From Candidatus Moraniibacteriota bacterium (GTDB lineage Bacteria > Patescibacteriota > Minisyncoccia > Moranbacterales > UBA1568), in contig JAYTWI010000020.1 of NCBI GenBank assembly GCA_043743535.1, positions 10,039-74,038 on the forward strand: DNA of 64,000 nucleotides, given 5' to 3'. The notes beneath the pieces are model-generated. The model was not told where the DNA came from and did not search any database. It was given only the letters and a program-made list of their open reading frames with translations. This document shows positions 39,001-48,981 of this stretch, in pieces (the stretch's first letter is position 1; the number at the start of each line of letters is the position of its first letter). Position numbers and translations under genes: made by a program.

Positions 39001-40661
39001 ACAATGAAATCACTCACCAGATCAATCCCTGTGTGCTCTTTTTCCATCATCAACATTTGTGCCTCTTTGACAGCACTACCCTCACCATCCCACCGACCCA
39101 CTAAACCAGCCCACTGGTAAATTGCTTTCTGATTACGCGAACTGACTTCCTTTTTTGACTCCTCAAAAGCCCGGCTATAATCTCCATTGATTTCCGGTTG
39201 ACTTAAAAACTTTTGTGTTTTCGTTACTGCTAAAATATCAATCGACGATGCCCCTGCGGTCATAAGCTTGTGTGCCCGTTTGAGATCACCAAAAGGCACA
39301 TCATTAATAAAATCAACCCTAAATTCCCGAGTAACATCTGTTCTGTCTCCTGAGAAATGCCAGTGCAAGTCAAGTGCCATTTGCGCTAAGCTCTTATGAC
39401 GTTCGTTCTTTTGTTCTTGTTCCGACAATTCAGCTCGCAATAAACTACCGAGAAACTTTTTGAGATTTGCGCTTTGAATACGAGCATGTTCATACTGTTT
39501 AAAGGTCGTTTCCAGCTGTTTCAGTGCTTGAGTGTATTCACATTGTATGGATGAAAGCTGGGCCTCACGCTCTTCATCGGGTAAATTCCTTTTCTCTACA
39601 CGGGAAACTTCCCGCTGTTTTTTAGCATCCAGTCTATCTATTTCTCTCTGAGTATCTTCGCGGAATTTTTTGCTACGGCTTTCCAGTTCTGAATCAATAA
39701 ATTCCCCCATTTGTTCATCATCAGCACCTTCCGTGAGAAAGGTAATCTGCTTCTTCAATACATAAGCTCTCTCAGCGTATTTTGACACTCCTGATTTTCC
39801 CTCAAATCTTCCAATGTTGTGAAGGTCAACCCCGTTTATTTTCTGGCGCATCCCACGCAACTGCGCTTTTACTCCCTCTCCCAACTGTGCCCAAGCAATT
39901 GACTCCGCAAAACTCCCAATATAAGGAGAGCTTGGTCCTCTACTAGGATTAAACTTGGCCGCCTCAGCTACAATATCCGCCGCCCGAAGGATGACCTTAT
40001 GCTCTATTTCACCTTGAGATCCGTTTTTTGCCTCGAAATCCTTTCTTATTTTCTGATATAAATCTTGGAGAACGATATAATCATCATAATTCTGATCATT
40101 GAATCGGTTATTGAAAGTCTTCTGCTCCTGTCCTTTGGATTTATCTTTTTCAAGTGCTTTATATGCAATCCGAGCAATAGCATATTCCGGTGTTCCCTTC
40201 ATAAGCACTCGCCTCAAGTCTCGTTCGAGGCCTAATCGTACCTCATAAGGAGAAGCATAAATGATCTGAGGTTTTGTTTTATCATCACCACTATGACCAT
40301 AGTAGGTAGTATGATCTGGCTCTATTTTGGTAATTCTTCCGCTCAGTAACTGCCTATAGAAGTCTAGTCGCTTCTCAATATATTGATGCGCCTCTGGATT
40401 TATTTCCTCTACTATCCTTATTCCATCCTGAATGCCCAGAGTAGACAACTTATGAAAAACGAGTTTGAAATTGCTACTATCAAATGTTTCCTCATCTTCT
40501 ACATCAGAAAACATTCCCTTTTCAACACGATCGATTTGCGCAAAAAGAGTGGTGTATTCTGGGTCATCGTATACTTGCGCCACAAGCTCGGCTTGTGGAC
40601 TTTCCTCATGTAATTTTTTTATATCCGGAGAGGCTACACTCTCAAAATTTTTTAGTCGCAT
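36039..40661 (-). CDS. Giant hypothetical protein (1540 aa) with internal 39-aa helical repeats
   Basis: Long open frame; repeats of the type LPETVLKSPEIQKAAREGM. Confidence 0.8.
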   Translation of the reverse strand: MRLKNFESVASPDIKKLHEESPQAELVAQVYDDPEYTTLFAQIDRVEKGMFSDVEDEETFDSSNFKLVFHKLSTLGIQDGIRIVEEINPEAHQYIEKRLDFYRQLLSGRITKIEPDHTTYYGHSGDDKTKPQIIYASPYEVRLGLERDLRRVLMKGTPEYAIARIAYKALEKDKSKGQEQKTFNNRFNDQNYDDYIVLQDLYQKIRKDFEAKNGSQGEIEHKVILRAADIVAEAAKFNPSRGPSSPYIGSFAESIAWAQLGEGVKAQLRGMRQKINGVDLHNIGRFEGKSGVSKYAERAYVLKKQITFLTEGADDEQMGEFIDSELESRSKKFREDTQREIDRLDAKKQREVSRVEKRNLPDEEREAQLSSIQCEYTQALKQLETTFKQYEHARIQSANLKKFLGSLLRAELSEQEQKNERHKSLAQMALDLHWHFSGDRTDVTREFRVDFINDVPFGDLKRAHKLMTAGASSIDILAVTKTQKFLSQPEINGDYSRAFEESKKEVSSRNQKAIYQWAGLVGRWDGEGSAVKEAQMLMMEKEHTGIDLVSDFIVNIKNIDEVFEDDSSLRSILPGTIPLSQESAKHIQNTSLSFRALVHILQYTDKSFLDIDKLSTECIMRQMMAVRNGALTEFLFQIKDLQKLGAFKSSDTSPLRSLASQAMLEKLNAGEWWSAMAFVETFSLSGRQIQSNNVQTIARAGLVDILSKGQSYGDEADFVPRFIETFKLPEALIYQAASEGLATQLKFTDNNSIARALKIIDVFALPKTFIGLPEIQQAAKENMVAQLRNGNIGTVPTTIKTFSLPKTAMGLPEIQQAAREGVAAQLRNGNICIARRIATTCHIFSEAVVRKLAREAMMTYLQTGNADSAISIIYEFSPPQAVLKLPEIQQAAKENMVAQLSSDDINVSQALNIAKTFHFSEAVIFEVAGESIAVQLRKGSSNNFTPRVRAIIKAISLPETVLKSPEIQKAAREGMLARIKSHDFYDALEIIQVFSLPETVLKSPEIREAVVEGTVALCKFGDKDLINKITSVSRNFLLSKEEKVVIGKAIFPFATRIDDLEVLSKEGFIAETEEVEIPQIRFKATGKELVNKFLQLLRKERVDWGNDVIDKERVFAHPILLDYFKKYVRFDEAGFGEKTIGELKRVLAIEPMKPDAAFVAKRVDIQTLDAKAVTEHQWTEDVVSKYIALLRSLGEAQKSLEGSKVFSQYAEKLRVITTQTIDTYRAKLPLLTNEKARQNLEEKVAGLETVNIRSVQDLQTNMDILLDIKGCRPIIQEAVFSLALRKNPSWMEFDVQDAEANISVANVSKVIEFVDHITNQETLRTYFSTTSVAKKFDDLLDTATLAKAVRDATNVETKGKTPFEILPSRGTLMELSGHIADACWASKYGSIAEKFPNFTALVFKQNPGKEKEERLAGACVVIEATTASGQKLMVIRGLNPIENTINQLKVSDFVRKIVQYVREVADKKDAQVAIVIDDHRGGGASNRNAVFNFLATLKRNPEFATKNRVTGLPQRETDFNGYSITQNCFFISPEDVGVLK
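37643..38350 (-). repeat. 117-bp intragenic tandem repeats
   Basis: 39 bp identical at 37643 and 37760; matching blocks at 38171 and 38288 (117-bp spacing) and near 37960. Confidence 0.85.
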
Positions 40662-40854
40662 ATTTCCTCAGTATCTCCTGGTTAATTTGTCTCTGAAAGT
40701 GGTATATGAATACTAGATTAACACGGCTAGATTATTATCAGCAATTGATTTACATACAACTCTGATTATTTTCAACGTATTTAATAAATGACAACACATT
40801 ACCATCAAAAAGTACCGGAGTTTTTGGATGCTTTTCCATAGCAGTAGTATACGC

Positions 40855-41301
40855 TTACCCTTCTTTTTGTTCTACTCTTATTTCTCGCTTCATTTCAGAA
40901 AGACTTTCGATCGTGACCTCTACTCTTTTTTCGGGCAAAATATTTACAATTCGTTCTGGCCATTCCACAATGACCACCCCCTCCGGGTCGGCGCACCATT
41001 CGGCAAACCCAAGTTCGCGAAAATCCTTTTCCTCTACTCGGTAGGCATCGGCATGATAAACGCGCTTGATCCCAGTAGCACTCGGCATAGACAATTCATA
41101 CTGCTTCATAATGACAAACGTCGGACTGATATACGGCCGCGTGGCACCGAAACCGGCGAGCAACCCCTGTGTAAAAGTCGTTTTGCCCGCCCCCAAATCA
41201 CCAGTGAGACAAAGAAGCACCCCAGGAGGCATTGTTTCTGCCATCTGCTGGCCGAAAGCCTTGGTCTCTTCTGCTGAATAGGTAGTTATTATCTGTTCCA
41301 T
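40855..41301 (-). CDS. tsaE: tRNA t6A biosynthesis ATPase TsaE
   Basis: GDLGAGKTTF, SPTF, HADAYR, VEWP. Confidence 0.95.
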   Translation of the reverse strand: MEQIITTYSAEETKAFGQQMAETMPPGVLLCLTGDLGAGKTTFTQGLLAGFGATRPYISPTFVIMKQYELSMPSATGIKRVYHADAYRVEEKDFRELGFAEWCADPEGVVIVEWPERIVNILPEKRVEVTIESLSEMKREIRVEQKEG

Positions 41302-41471
41302 AATACGTCCATCCTAGCGTAAAACGCTTTTTCTGGCGAGCCAGAGCCTCTGATTTGACACTGGGGTCTTTCCCTGATATCTTTCACTACTTGCTCGATA
41401 GAATATTTGATATTTGATTTTAAATTTTCCGCCCTAAACGGATCGGCCTCGGGCTAAGAACCTATCCCCCT

Positions 41472-42614
41472 ATGTCTCTTTCTCCCTACCAGCAACTCGA
41501 AGAACTGCTCAAAAAGACCGTCGCTCCGCTCATTATTCTCCCCTCTTACCCTAGCCGTGACTCCTTGGCCACCGCCTTTGCGCTAGCCTTTTTCCTCAAA
41601 AGCATTGGTAAAGAGGCATTTGTTGCAGGCGAGAACATTCTCAAAGATAAAGAGTCCCTCGCTTTTCTGGGCGAGCCAGAGCACCTCTTGCCTACCATTA
41701 CTGGGGCCCGTGATTTCGTCCTTTCTTTCAATACCGAGCGCAACAAAATCACCAATGTGCGAACCGAAAATATAGCAGGGGAACTCCGTATCTACCTCAC
41801 ACCGGAGAACGGCGCCATCGATCCACGTGATTTTTCTTTTATCCCCGCCAAGTTCAAATATGATCTGGCAATTATTGTCGGTGCCTCTGACAAAGAACAT
41901 TTAGGGAAAATTTATGAAGACAATCCAGATATTTTTTATGAACTCCCGATCGTCAATATTGATAACCACTCCGACAACGAGTTGTATGGGCAGGTGAACC
42001 TGGTCGATATGACCGCCTCTTCTAATGCTGAAATGTTAGCAGAAATGTTGCAAAAAAGTGCCCTCGGTAAACTGGATGAAAAAACGAGCGAGAGCCTACT
42101 TACTGGCATCATCGCCGCTACCGAAAGTTTTCAGAAAAAAAACACCACTCCCAAGGCCTTGCAAATCGCCTCCCGCCTGATGGATGGTGGTGCCGATCAA
42201 CAAAAAATCATCCGCTCGCTCTATAAGACCCAACCACTGCATCTTCTGAAACTGTGGGGCCGGGTGATGGCTCAAGTGAAATGGAACGAGAGTCTGAAGC
42301 TGATCTGGACGCTGGTCAGTATCGAAGACCTGGTCCAGGCGCGGGCTCATGCAGACGATCTGCCACACGTCTTGGAGAAAATCCGCCACAATTATTCTTC
42401 CGGCCACTTCTATATGATTCTCTATCCAGAAAACAATATGGTGGTGCGTGGTCTGGTCAAAGCAGCCTCTGCTGAGAATCTCGCCCTCTTCGCAGCCAGG
42501 ATGGAGGGGGCACTTCATGACGATACCTTTGAATTTTCCCTCCCGGCCAATAGCCTCGATGAAGCCGAGAATATCATCATCGGCAAGATGCAAAAAACGT
42601 TCGTCGCTCCCTAG
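41472..42614 (+). CDS. DHH-family phosphoesterase-like protein (degenerate motifs)
   Basis: DSLA, IVNIDNH, ASSNAE, LLTGIIAATESF. Confidence 0.75.
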   Translation: MSLSPYQQLEELLKKTVAPLIILPSYPSRDSLATAFALAFFLKSIGKEAFVAGENILKDKESLAFLGEPEHLLPTITGARDFVLSFNTERNKITNVRTENIAGELRIYLTPENGAIDPRDFSFIPAKFKYDLAIIVGASDKEHLGKIYEDNPDIFYELPIVNIDNHSDNELYGQVNLVDMTASSNAEMLAEMLQKSALGKLDEKTSESLLTGIIAATESFQKKNTTPKALQIASRLMDGGADQQKIIRSLYKTQPLHLLKLWGRVMAQVKWNESLKLIWTLVSIEDLVQARAHADDLPHVLEKIRHNYSSGHFYMILYPENNMVVRGLVKAASAENLALFAARMEGALHDDTFEFSLPANSLDEAENIIIGKMQKTFVAP

Positions 42615-42718
42615 GGATCTTTGGAAAAAAATGTCATAACAAAGAAGCGCTTCCTTTGCTTGTGAGGTGCTTTTTGAGGTACAATGAAAGGGAAATATAA
42701 ACTAAAAAACATTTTCGT

Positions 42719-45700
42719 ATGGTGCAGGTGATTCACAAAGATGTGGCCAATACAGAAAACCTCATCAAGGGCGAACAAACAAAAAAAGCGCTTGAAAAAA
42801 TGGAGGGGGAGTCGATTGAGCAAGCGGCTTCGCGACTGGCGGCTGGGAGTGGCCTCCCTTATATTGATCTTCATCTTTTCCCACTCGATCCAGAAAACGT
42901 GATGCTCATCCAAGAGAATGAGGCACGTGCCAACGGATTAACTTTATTTTACAAAAAGGATGTGGCTGTCCGTTTTGCGCTGCTCGACCCGAAGAATTCC
43001 CAGGCCAACGAATACATCACGAAAAAAGCCACTGACGAGGGCTGGCATATTGAAATCTATGTCACTTCCCTCCCCTCCCTGGAATACGCATGGCACAACT
43101 ACAAAAAACGCACTCTCATCGATAATCTCGACTTGGTGCGTGTTTCTTTGGGAGAACAGGACGTCGAGCGCTTCGAAAAGGACTTTGGCGAACTGATTGC
43201 CCTCAAAGAAAACCACAGTGTCTCTACCTCACGGGCGATGGAAATCATTCTGGCCGGCGCAGAAAAGTTGCGCACGAGCGACATCCACATCGAAGCGGAA
43301 GAAGAGCGAGTACGGTTACGTTACCGTATCGACGGCGTACTCCAGGATATCGGCTTTCTCCCCAAGGAGATGTACCAGCTCCTCACTTCACGCATCAAGA
43401 TGATCGGCAAGATGCGCATCAATATCCGAAACAAAGCTCAAGACGGCCATTTTTTCATTGAACTCGACGGCAAAAGGATCGATGTGCGTGTCTCAAGTAT
43501 TCCTGGAAAATTCGGAGAGAGTATTAATATGCGTCTTCTCTCCAGTAGCGACGTCATCGGCGAAGTTGATAACATCGGTCTTCGTGGTCTAGCCTACGAA
43601 GAAGTTTTGCGTCAAATTGAAAAATCAAGCGGTATGATCTTGAACACCGGCCCGACCGGTTCCGGTAAAACAACGACCCTCTACACACTCTTAAATCGCA
43701 TCAACAAGCCGGGCGTTAAAATCATCACCGTGGAGGATCCGATTGAATATTCTCTCCCCGGCATCGTCCAGACTGAAGTATCCAAAGATGAAACCTACAC
43801 CTTTGCCACCGCGCTACGGGCTATCGTAAGACAAGATCCTGATGTCGTCTTGATCGGAGAAATTCGTGATGAGGAGACCGCCGACATTGCCGTCAATGCC
43901 GCCCTGACCGGCCACCTCGTTTTTTCTACCCTTCATACCAATAGCGCCCCCGCCTCAATCCCTCGTCTCATTGAGCTTGGGGTCAAGCCATCGCTTATCG
44001 GTTCTGCTCTCAATGTCTTGATCGGCCAACGCCTGGTGCGCAAGATCTGTGACAAATGCAAAGTGCCCTATGACTTAGCCAACGAGACTGCTGATTCGAT
44101 CATCAAACTCATTACTATTATTTCGCCCAAAGCTAAGGTCAAACTCCCAACCAACGTCACCGCCCTATGGCAAGCACCCGGATGCGTTGCGTGCCATTTC
44201 ACTGGCTTCCGCGGGCGAATCGGTATTTTCGAAGTCTTAACGCTGACCCCAGAAATTACCGAACTCATCAACAATATGGCGACTGAGGAAGAGATTTTCA
44301 AAGCCGCACTCGAGAATGGTATGGTGACGATGACCCAAGACGGTATCTTGAAAGCCATAGACGGTATAACCACCCTCGACGAGGTATGGCGTGTGGCCGA
44401 CCAAACAGACATTCTAAAAAGTATTTATAGCCAACTCATGTCCAATGAACTCTCTCGAGCTTCCTTCATTTCCGAAACCCTCTACAACGAAACACGCAGT
44501 CATATCGATATCGTCTCCGCTTTCGGCCCCTATCTCCTCTCCATCAATCCCCAACTACGCCTTCCAACCGTCTTCGCAGCGGCTGTTGCTCTGCATGCCG
44601 GCGACATCCATATTGAGCCACAGGGAGAAAATTTTACCATCCGTTTCCGCATCGATGGTATTCTTCAGACCGTAGCTGCCTTTCCCCTCAATGAATACCC
44701 TAGCTTCTTGGGAGAAATCAAAGTTTTAGGCGGTTTGAAAACCAGCGAACGCGCCGGCATCACCGATGGTCGCTTTTCTATCACGCTCGAGAAGCCCCTA
44801 ACCGCAGGCAGCAACAAAATCGATATCCGTCTCTCCATCATTTTAGGCGGTTTCGGTGAAACGGTCGTTTTGCGATTACTCAATCAATCTGCCACTAAGC
44901 TAGATCTCGCCACTCTCGGCCTGCGAGCTCAAAATTTAGCCAAAATCATTACTGCCACCGAAAAACCAAACGGTCTCATCCTCAACACTGGACCGACCGG
45001 CTCTGGCAAGACAACAACTCTCTATGGTATTCTTGCTCGTCTCAATACCTCGGCCGTTAAAATTATCACTGTTGAAGATCCGATTGAATATCAGATGCCA
45101 GGCTTACTTCAGACCCAGGTCAATGAAAAAGAAGGCTACACTTTTGCTACCGCGCTCCGCTCACTCCTTCGTCAGAATCCTGACATCATGATGATTGGAG
45201 AAATTCGTGACGATGAAACCGCTCAGATTGCCGTCCAGGCAGGGAGCACTGGTCACCTTGTTCTCTCCACCCTCCATGCCAATTCTGCCGCTGGCACCGT
45301 TTCACGCTTACTCAAAATGGGCGTCTCAGGCGATGACCTCGCCAATGCCACCAACCTCATTTTTTCACAACGTCTGGTACGCAAAATCTGCCAAGTCTGT
45401 AAGGTCAAGGGGACTCCTTCCGTCGAAGAAGAATTGATAATCAAAAATGCACTCGCCACGCTTTCACCCAAGTCTGGCATCGTCATAACCAAAACTGACA
45501 CCATTTGGCATAGCGCGGGCTGTGAAAAATGTAGTGGCACCGGATACGCTGGACAAATTATTCTCTCCGAAACCATGCCTATGGATAATGAAATTCAATC
45601 ACTCATTGCGCGGAGCGCCCTGGTGAGTGAGATTGAGACTCAAGCGGTCGAGAACGGCATGATTACCCTCATACAAGATGGTATTCTCTGTGTATTGGAA

Positions 45701-45745
45701 GGCCAGACTACTCTCGACGAAGTGAAGCGTGTCACCAATCTTTAA
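42719..45745 (+). CDS. pilB: Type IV pilus/T2SS assembly ATPase with two tandem PilB/GspE modules
   Basis: Two copies each of DIHIE, GPTGSGKTTTLY, TVEDPIEY, RQ(D/N)PD..IGEIRD, STLH and CxxC pairs. Confidence 0.9.
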   Translation: MVQVIHKDVANTENLIKGEQTKKALEKMEGESIEQAASRLAAGSGLPYIDLHLFPLDPENVMLIQENEARANGLTLFYKKDVAVRFALLDPKNSQANEYITKKATDEGWHIEIYVTSLPSLEYAWHNYKKRTLIDNLDLVRVSLGEQDVERFEKDFGELIALKENHSVSTSRAMEIILAGAEKLRTSDIHIEAEEERVRLRYRIDGVLQDIGFLPKEMYQLLTSRIKMIGKMRINIRNKAQDGHFFIELDGKRIDVRVSSIPGKFGESINMRLLSSSDVIGEVDNIGLRGLAYEEVLRQIEKSSGMILNTGPTGSGKTTTLYTLLNRINKPGVKIITVEDPIEYSLPGIVQTEVSKDETYTFATALRAIVRQDPDVVLIGEIRDEETADIAVNAALTGHLVFSTLHTNSAPASIPRLIELGVKPSLIGSALNVLIGQRLVRKICDKCKVPYDLANETADSIIKLITIISPKAKVKLPTNVTALWQAPGCVACHFTGFRGRIGIFEVLTLTPEITELINNMATEEEIFKAALENGMVTMTQDGILKAIDGITTLDEVWRVADQTDILKSIYSQLMSNELSRASFISETLYNETRSHIDIVSAFGPYLLSINPQLRLPTVFAAAVALHAGDIHIEPQGENFTIRFRIDGILQTVAAFPLNEYPSFLGEIKVLGGLKTSERAGITDGRFSITLEKPLTAGSNKIDIRLSIILGGFGETVVLRLLNQSATKLDLATLGLRAQNLAKIITATEKPNGLILNTGPTGSGKTTTLYGILARLNTSAVKIITVEDPIEYQMPGLLQTQVNEKEGYTFATALRSLLRQNPDIMMIGEIRDDETAQIAVQAGSTGHLVLSTLHANSAAGTVSRLLKMGVSGDDLANATNLIFSQRLVRKICQVCKVKGTPSVEEELIIKNALATLSPKSGIVITKTDTIWHSAGCEKCSGTGYAGQIILSETMPMDNEIQSLIARSALVSEIETQAVENGMITLIQDGILCVLEGQTTLDEVKRVTNL

Positions 45746-45772
45746 ACTTTAAATTTTTTTATTCACTCCACA

Positions 45773-45805
45773 AAAAAAATCACACCCATCAGGTGTGATT
45801 TTTTA
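45773..45805. terminator. Bidirectional terminator
   Basis: AAAAATCACACC-CATCA-GGTGTGATTTTT. Confidence 0.75.
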
Positions 45806-45813
45806 CTCCAGAA

Positions 45814-45974
45814 ACTGATTCATCTGTAGACAAATCCTTTGGCATAGGAGCGAAAGGAAAGGAAAAGTGTCGAGGTATAGCGCAGCTTGTGACCACCCTA
45901 CCCGGATCTTGGCAACGGTTCCCGTGATTGAGGACAAAAGATAGAGATCCCCAACTGTCTACAGGTGAAGCAGT
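45814..45974 (-). ncRNA. Candidate rod-shaped ncRNA (6S-like?)
   Basis: 19-bp terminal inverted repeat (17/19), upstream TTGACA-N17-TATCAT at 46042-46014, downstream terminator. Confidence 0.4.
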
Positions 45975-46108
45975 CCCTGCAGGTCTGTTTTTTCGTTTTT
46001 TAAGCGAAATATGATGATAGCATAGCTTTATTTATTTGTCAAGAGGTGTTAGAATAGAAAAAAGAGTACTGATTTCTTGCCTTTTTAAAGCCAATTTCTA
46101 CACCAAAA

Positions 46109-47119
46109 ATGATTAATGCCACTACCGAAGTCCCGGAGGAACAAAGCCTCGATACGACACTCCGGCCACAAAATTTCACTGACTATATCGGCCAAGAAAA
46201 AATCAAACGTCATCTTGATATTTTTATTCAAGCGGCCAAAAAACGAAACGAAAATATCGACCACGTTTTGCTCTATGGTCCAGCTGGTTTAGGAAAGACC
46301 ACTCTGGCTCATATCATCGCCAAAGAAATGGGCGTCAACATCAAGGTCACCTCTGGCCCAGCCATTGAAAAAGTGGGTGACCTAGGCTCCATTCTCACCA
46401 ACCTGGAAGATGGTGATGTCTTGTTCATCGATGAAATTCACCGTTTGAACAAACTGATTGAAGAAGTATTATATCCAGCAATGGAAGACTACAAACTCGA
46501 TATCATCATCGGCAAAGGTCCGGCTGCTCGTACTATCCAGCTCGATCTGCCGCGTTTCACCTTGATCGGTGCTACCACACGCTTAGGGGCTCTTTCCAAT
46601 CCGCTCCGCAATCGCTTCGGTTCAACCCATCGGCTAGAATTTTATGCCCCAGAAGATATCGAAAAGATCGTTAAACGTTCGGCCAATATCCTCGACATCG
46701 GTCTCGACAGAGCTGGAGCCAAGGCCATTGCCACTTCCAGCCGCCAAACACCACGCGTAGCCAACCGTATCCTCAAACGTGTGCGTGACTATGCCTCGAT
46801 CAAAGACGCCACCACTATTAGTGAAGACCTCGCCAAAGAAGCTCTCACCCTCTACGAAATCGATCACCTCGGCCTAGAACCAACTGACCGACACATACTC
46901 GCCACCCTCATCCACAAATTCAGGGGCGGACCAGCCGGCATCCAAGCCCTCGCCGCCGTCACTGGTGAAGAAATTCAGACTATCGAAGACGTCTACGAAC
47001 CATACCTCATCCAGCTCGGATTTCTCGCCCGCACCCCCCGCGGCCGAGTGGTGACCGAAGCGGGTTTCACGCACCTCGGTCTCAAAATGCCCGCTGATCA
47101 TCAAGATAAATTATTGTAA
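46109..47119 (+). CDS. ruvB: Holliday junction DNA helicase RuvB
   Basis: [32 protein letters not shown]. Confidence 0.97.
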   Translation: MINATTEVPEEQSLDTTLRPQNFTDYIGQEKIKRHLDIFIQAAKKRNENIDHVLLYGPAGLGKTTLAHIIAKEMGVNIKVTSGPAIEKVGDLGSILTNLEDGDVLFIDEIHRLNKLIEEVLYPAMEDYKLDIIIGKGPAARTIQLDLPRFTLIGATTRLGALSNPLRNRFGSTHRLEFYAPEDIEKIVKRSANILDIGLDRAGAKAIATSSRQTPRVANRILKRVRDYASIKDATTISEDLAKEALTLYEIDHLGLEPTDRHILATLIHKFRGGPAGIQALAAVTGEEIQTIEDVYEPYLIQLGFLARTPRGRVVTEAGFTHLGLKMPADHQDKLL

Positions 47120-47211
47120 AAATTCACTACAAAAAAGAAAATCCCACATGACATTCCATGTGGGATATTTTTTAAGATACAGACTCAGGGAGATCCAGCA
47201 GCAGGAATAGT

Positions 47212-47970
47212 TCAGTTCTTGAGACCAATGCGGGTAACTAACCGCCGATCTTTCATACAACTCTCCGCATTTCTTGTAAATGCATATCGACTCACGTCCC
47301 ATTGCTTTTTTGTTTGCCGACTGAAGTAAACCACATCGACAGTTTTGGCTTCACCCTGTATAACCTCGACAAAAGCAAGGTTGCACGGATGAAAACAAGG
47401 ATTATTGCCAGGGAATGAGGCAAGGGCCATGTCAGACCCTGACGTTGCTAGATCGATAATTCCCTCAATGGCAGGAAGTGTCAGGGTATAGCCGCGTCTG
47501 ACCAGCAATTGCTGCAGCCAAGAATCAGGTGTTTCGTCAGATACCCCCAGTAACTCCGACGCCAACTGTGAATGGCTAGCCATACCTTTCATCTTGAACA
47601 CGCGAATTTTTCCGTTTGGCTGGCCAGGAAGGATGTCGGGCCATGAGATATACCGTTCATCCTTTATCGCTACTTCGAAGACGTTTGGATAACGCTTCTT
47701 ATTCGCAAAACAACTACTCAAAGTTTTTGCCGAGAAAGAAGGGATTCTCACATCCCTGAAATGCGCAAGAATGTCCTCTGTTCCAGCTGACCGCTGAAAC
47801 AGCTGCTGAATATCTTCGGTTGTATTGACTCCTGTTCGAAGGGTTCTATCACTGAGGCGGTGCAGAGTTTCCATGACATGGCTATATGACAAAGACGTCC
47901 CCACTTGCCCTGCCAACGATTGCATCCTGCGATAAAGTTTACCCAGTTGATCGTCGTCAATCTTATTCAT
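47212..47970 (-). CDS. Hypothetical protein, possibly of a DGR-target-like family
   Basis: AAGGAG RBS before MNKIDDDQLGKL; terminator hairpin near 47138-47172. Confidence 0.7.
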   Translation of the reverse strand: MNKIDDDQLGKLYRRMQSLAGQVGTSLSYSHVMETLHRLSDRTLRTGVNTTEDIQQLFQRSAGTEDILAHFRDVRIPSFSAKTLSSCFANKKRYPNVFEVAIKDERYISWPDILPGQPNGKIRVFKMKGMASHSQLASELLGVSDETPDSWLQQLLVRRGYTLTLPAIEGIIDLATSGSDMALASFPGNNPCFHPCNLAFVEVIQGEAKTVDVVYFSRQTKKQWDVSRYAFTRNAESCMKDRRLVTRIGLKN

Positions 47971-48111
47971 CGCTATATCTCCTTGGTTAAAGAACTTGTT
48001 ATCCTCTTTTAAGGTAACAACACAGTATAGCCCATTTTTCATGAACTGTAAATAATAGGGTCATATTACTCAGTATTTATACCGTAGTATGTACATTTTT
48101 TGCTTTATTAA

Positions 48112-48165
48112 TTGACTTTTTTGTCTCTATTTACTATAATTTATTTGTCGACCTTTTTACCGACA
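48112..48165 (+). promoter_or_regulatory. Promoter and palindrome upstream of TrmB-like gene
   Basis: TTGACT-N17-TATAAT; TGTCG-N10-CGACA at 48146-48165. Confidence 0.65.
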
Positions 48166-48179
48166 TAATTATAAATAGC

Positions 48180-48911
48180 ATGGAATCCAGAAACCTTGAA
48201 GCCTTTGGCCTCACCGAAAAAGAATCTCGCGTTTACCTGGCTCTCCTAGAGCTTGGTGAGGCTACCATCGGCGCTATCGCCAAAAAATCCGCTATCAAGC
48301 GCACTACCCTCTACGATGTGGTCGAAAACCTGAAAAAGTCTGGTTTGGTGGGCAGTGTGAAAAAAGGCAAGAAGTCCCTCTACTTCGCCGAAGATCCCCG
48401 CACCCTTGAAGGAAAACTCGAAGAAAAGCGGGAATCTCTCCAAAAAATGCTCCCAGAACTCCTTTCCATTGCCAACTTCCTCGATAACAAGCCAAAAATC
48501 AGATTTTACGAAGGCAAAGAGGGTATCAAGGAAGTCTACAAAGACACCCTCAAGCACAAAGACCAAGAACTCTTGGCTTGGGTGTCCGAAGAGGCCGTTT
48601 CAGCTTTTGATCTTGAATTCTTGAGTAGCTATTATCTCCCTCGCCGAATTGAAAAAAAAATATGGGTGCGTGCCATCGCCCCCAAGCTTCCTTACATGGA
48701 GCAGTACCAGGGGGAAGATGTCGCGTCACTTCGCCGGACCAAACTCATCGACCCAGAAGACTTTCCTCTGCTTGTTGAAATTAACCTGTATGGCCGGAAT
48801 AAAATCGGCATCATGTCTTTTTCCGAGCAAACCAGCCTCATCATCGAAAGTGACCGCATCTTCCGCACGCTCAAAAGCATCTTCGAACACCAGTGGTCTT
48901 CACTTCATTGA
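48180..48911 (+). CDS. TrmB-family transcriptional regulator
   Basis: GLTEKESRVYLALL, IKRTTLYD, PKIRFYEG. Confidence 0.9.
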   Translation: MESRNLEAFGLTEKESRVYLALLELGEATIGAIAKKSAIKRTTLYDVVENLKKSGLVGSVKKGKKSLYFAEDPRTLEGKLEEKRESLQKMLPELLSIANFLDNKPKIRFYEGKEGIKEVYKDTLKHKDQELLAWVSEEAVSAFDLEFLSSYYLPRRIEKKIWVRAIAPKLPYMEQYQGEDVASLRRTKLIDPEDFPLLVEINLYGRNKIGIMSFSEQTSLIIESDRIFRTLKSIFEHQWSSLH

Positions 48912-48981
48912 TTAGCGAAACCGCTTGGGAATCACCCCGGAGAGTGGTAAAATAAAGAAACGAAAATACCAAAAAATATTT

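Noticed and set aside
25768-47119. ruvA separated from ruvB and ruvC by about 20 kb
   Set aside because: Dispersed ruv genes are unremarkable in this kind of genome.
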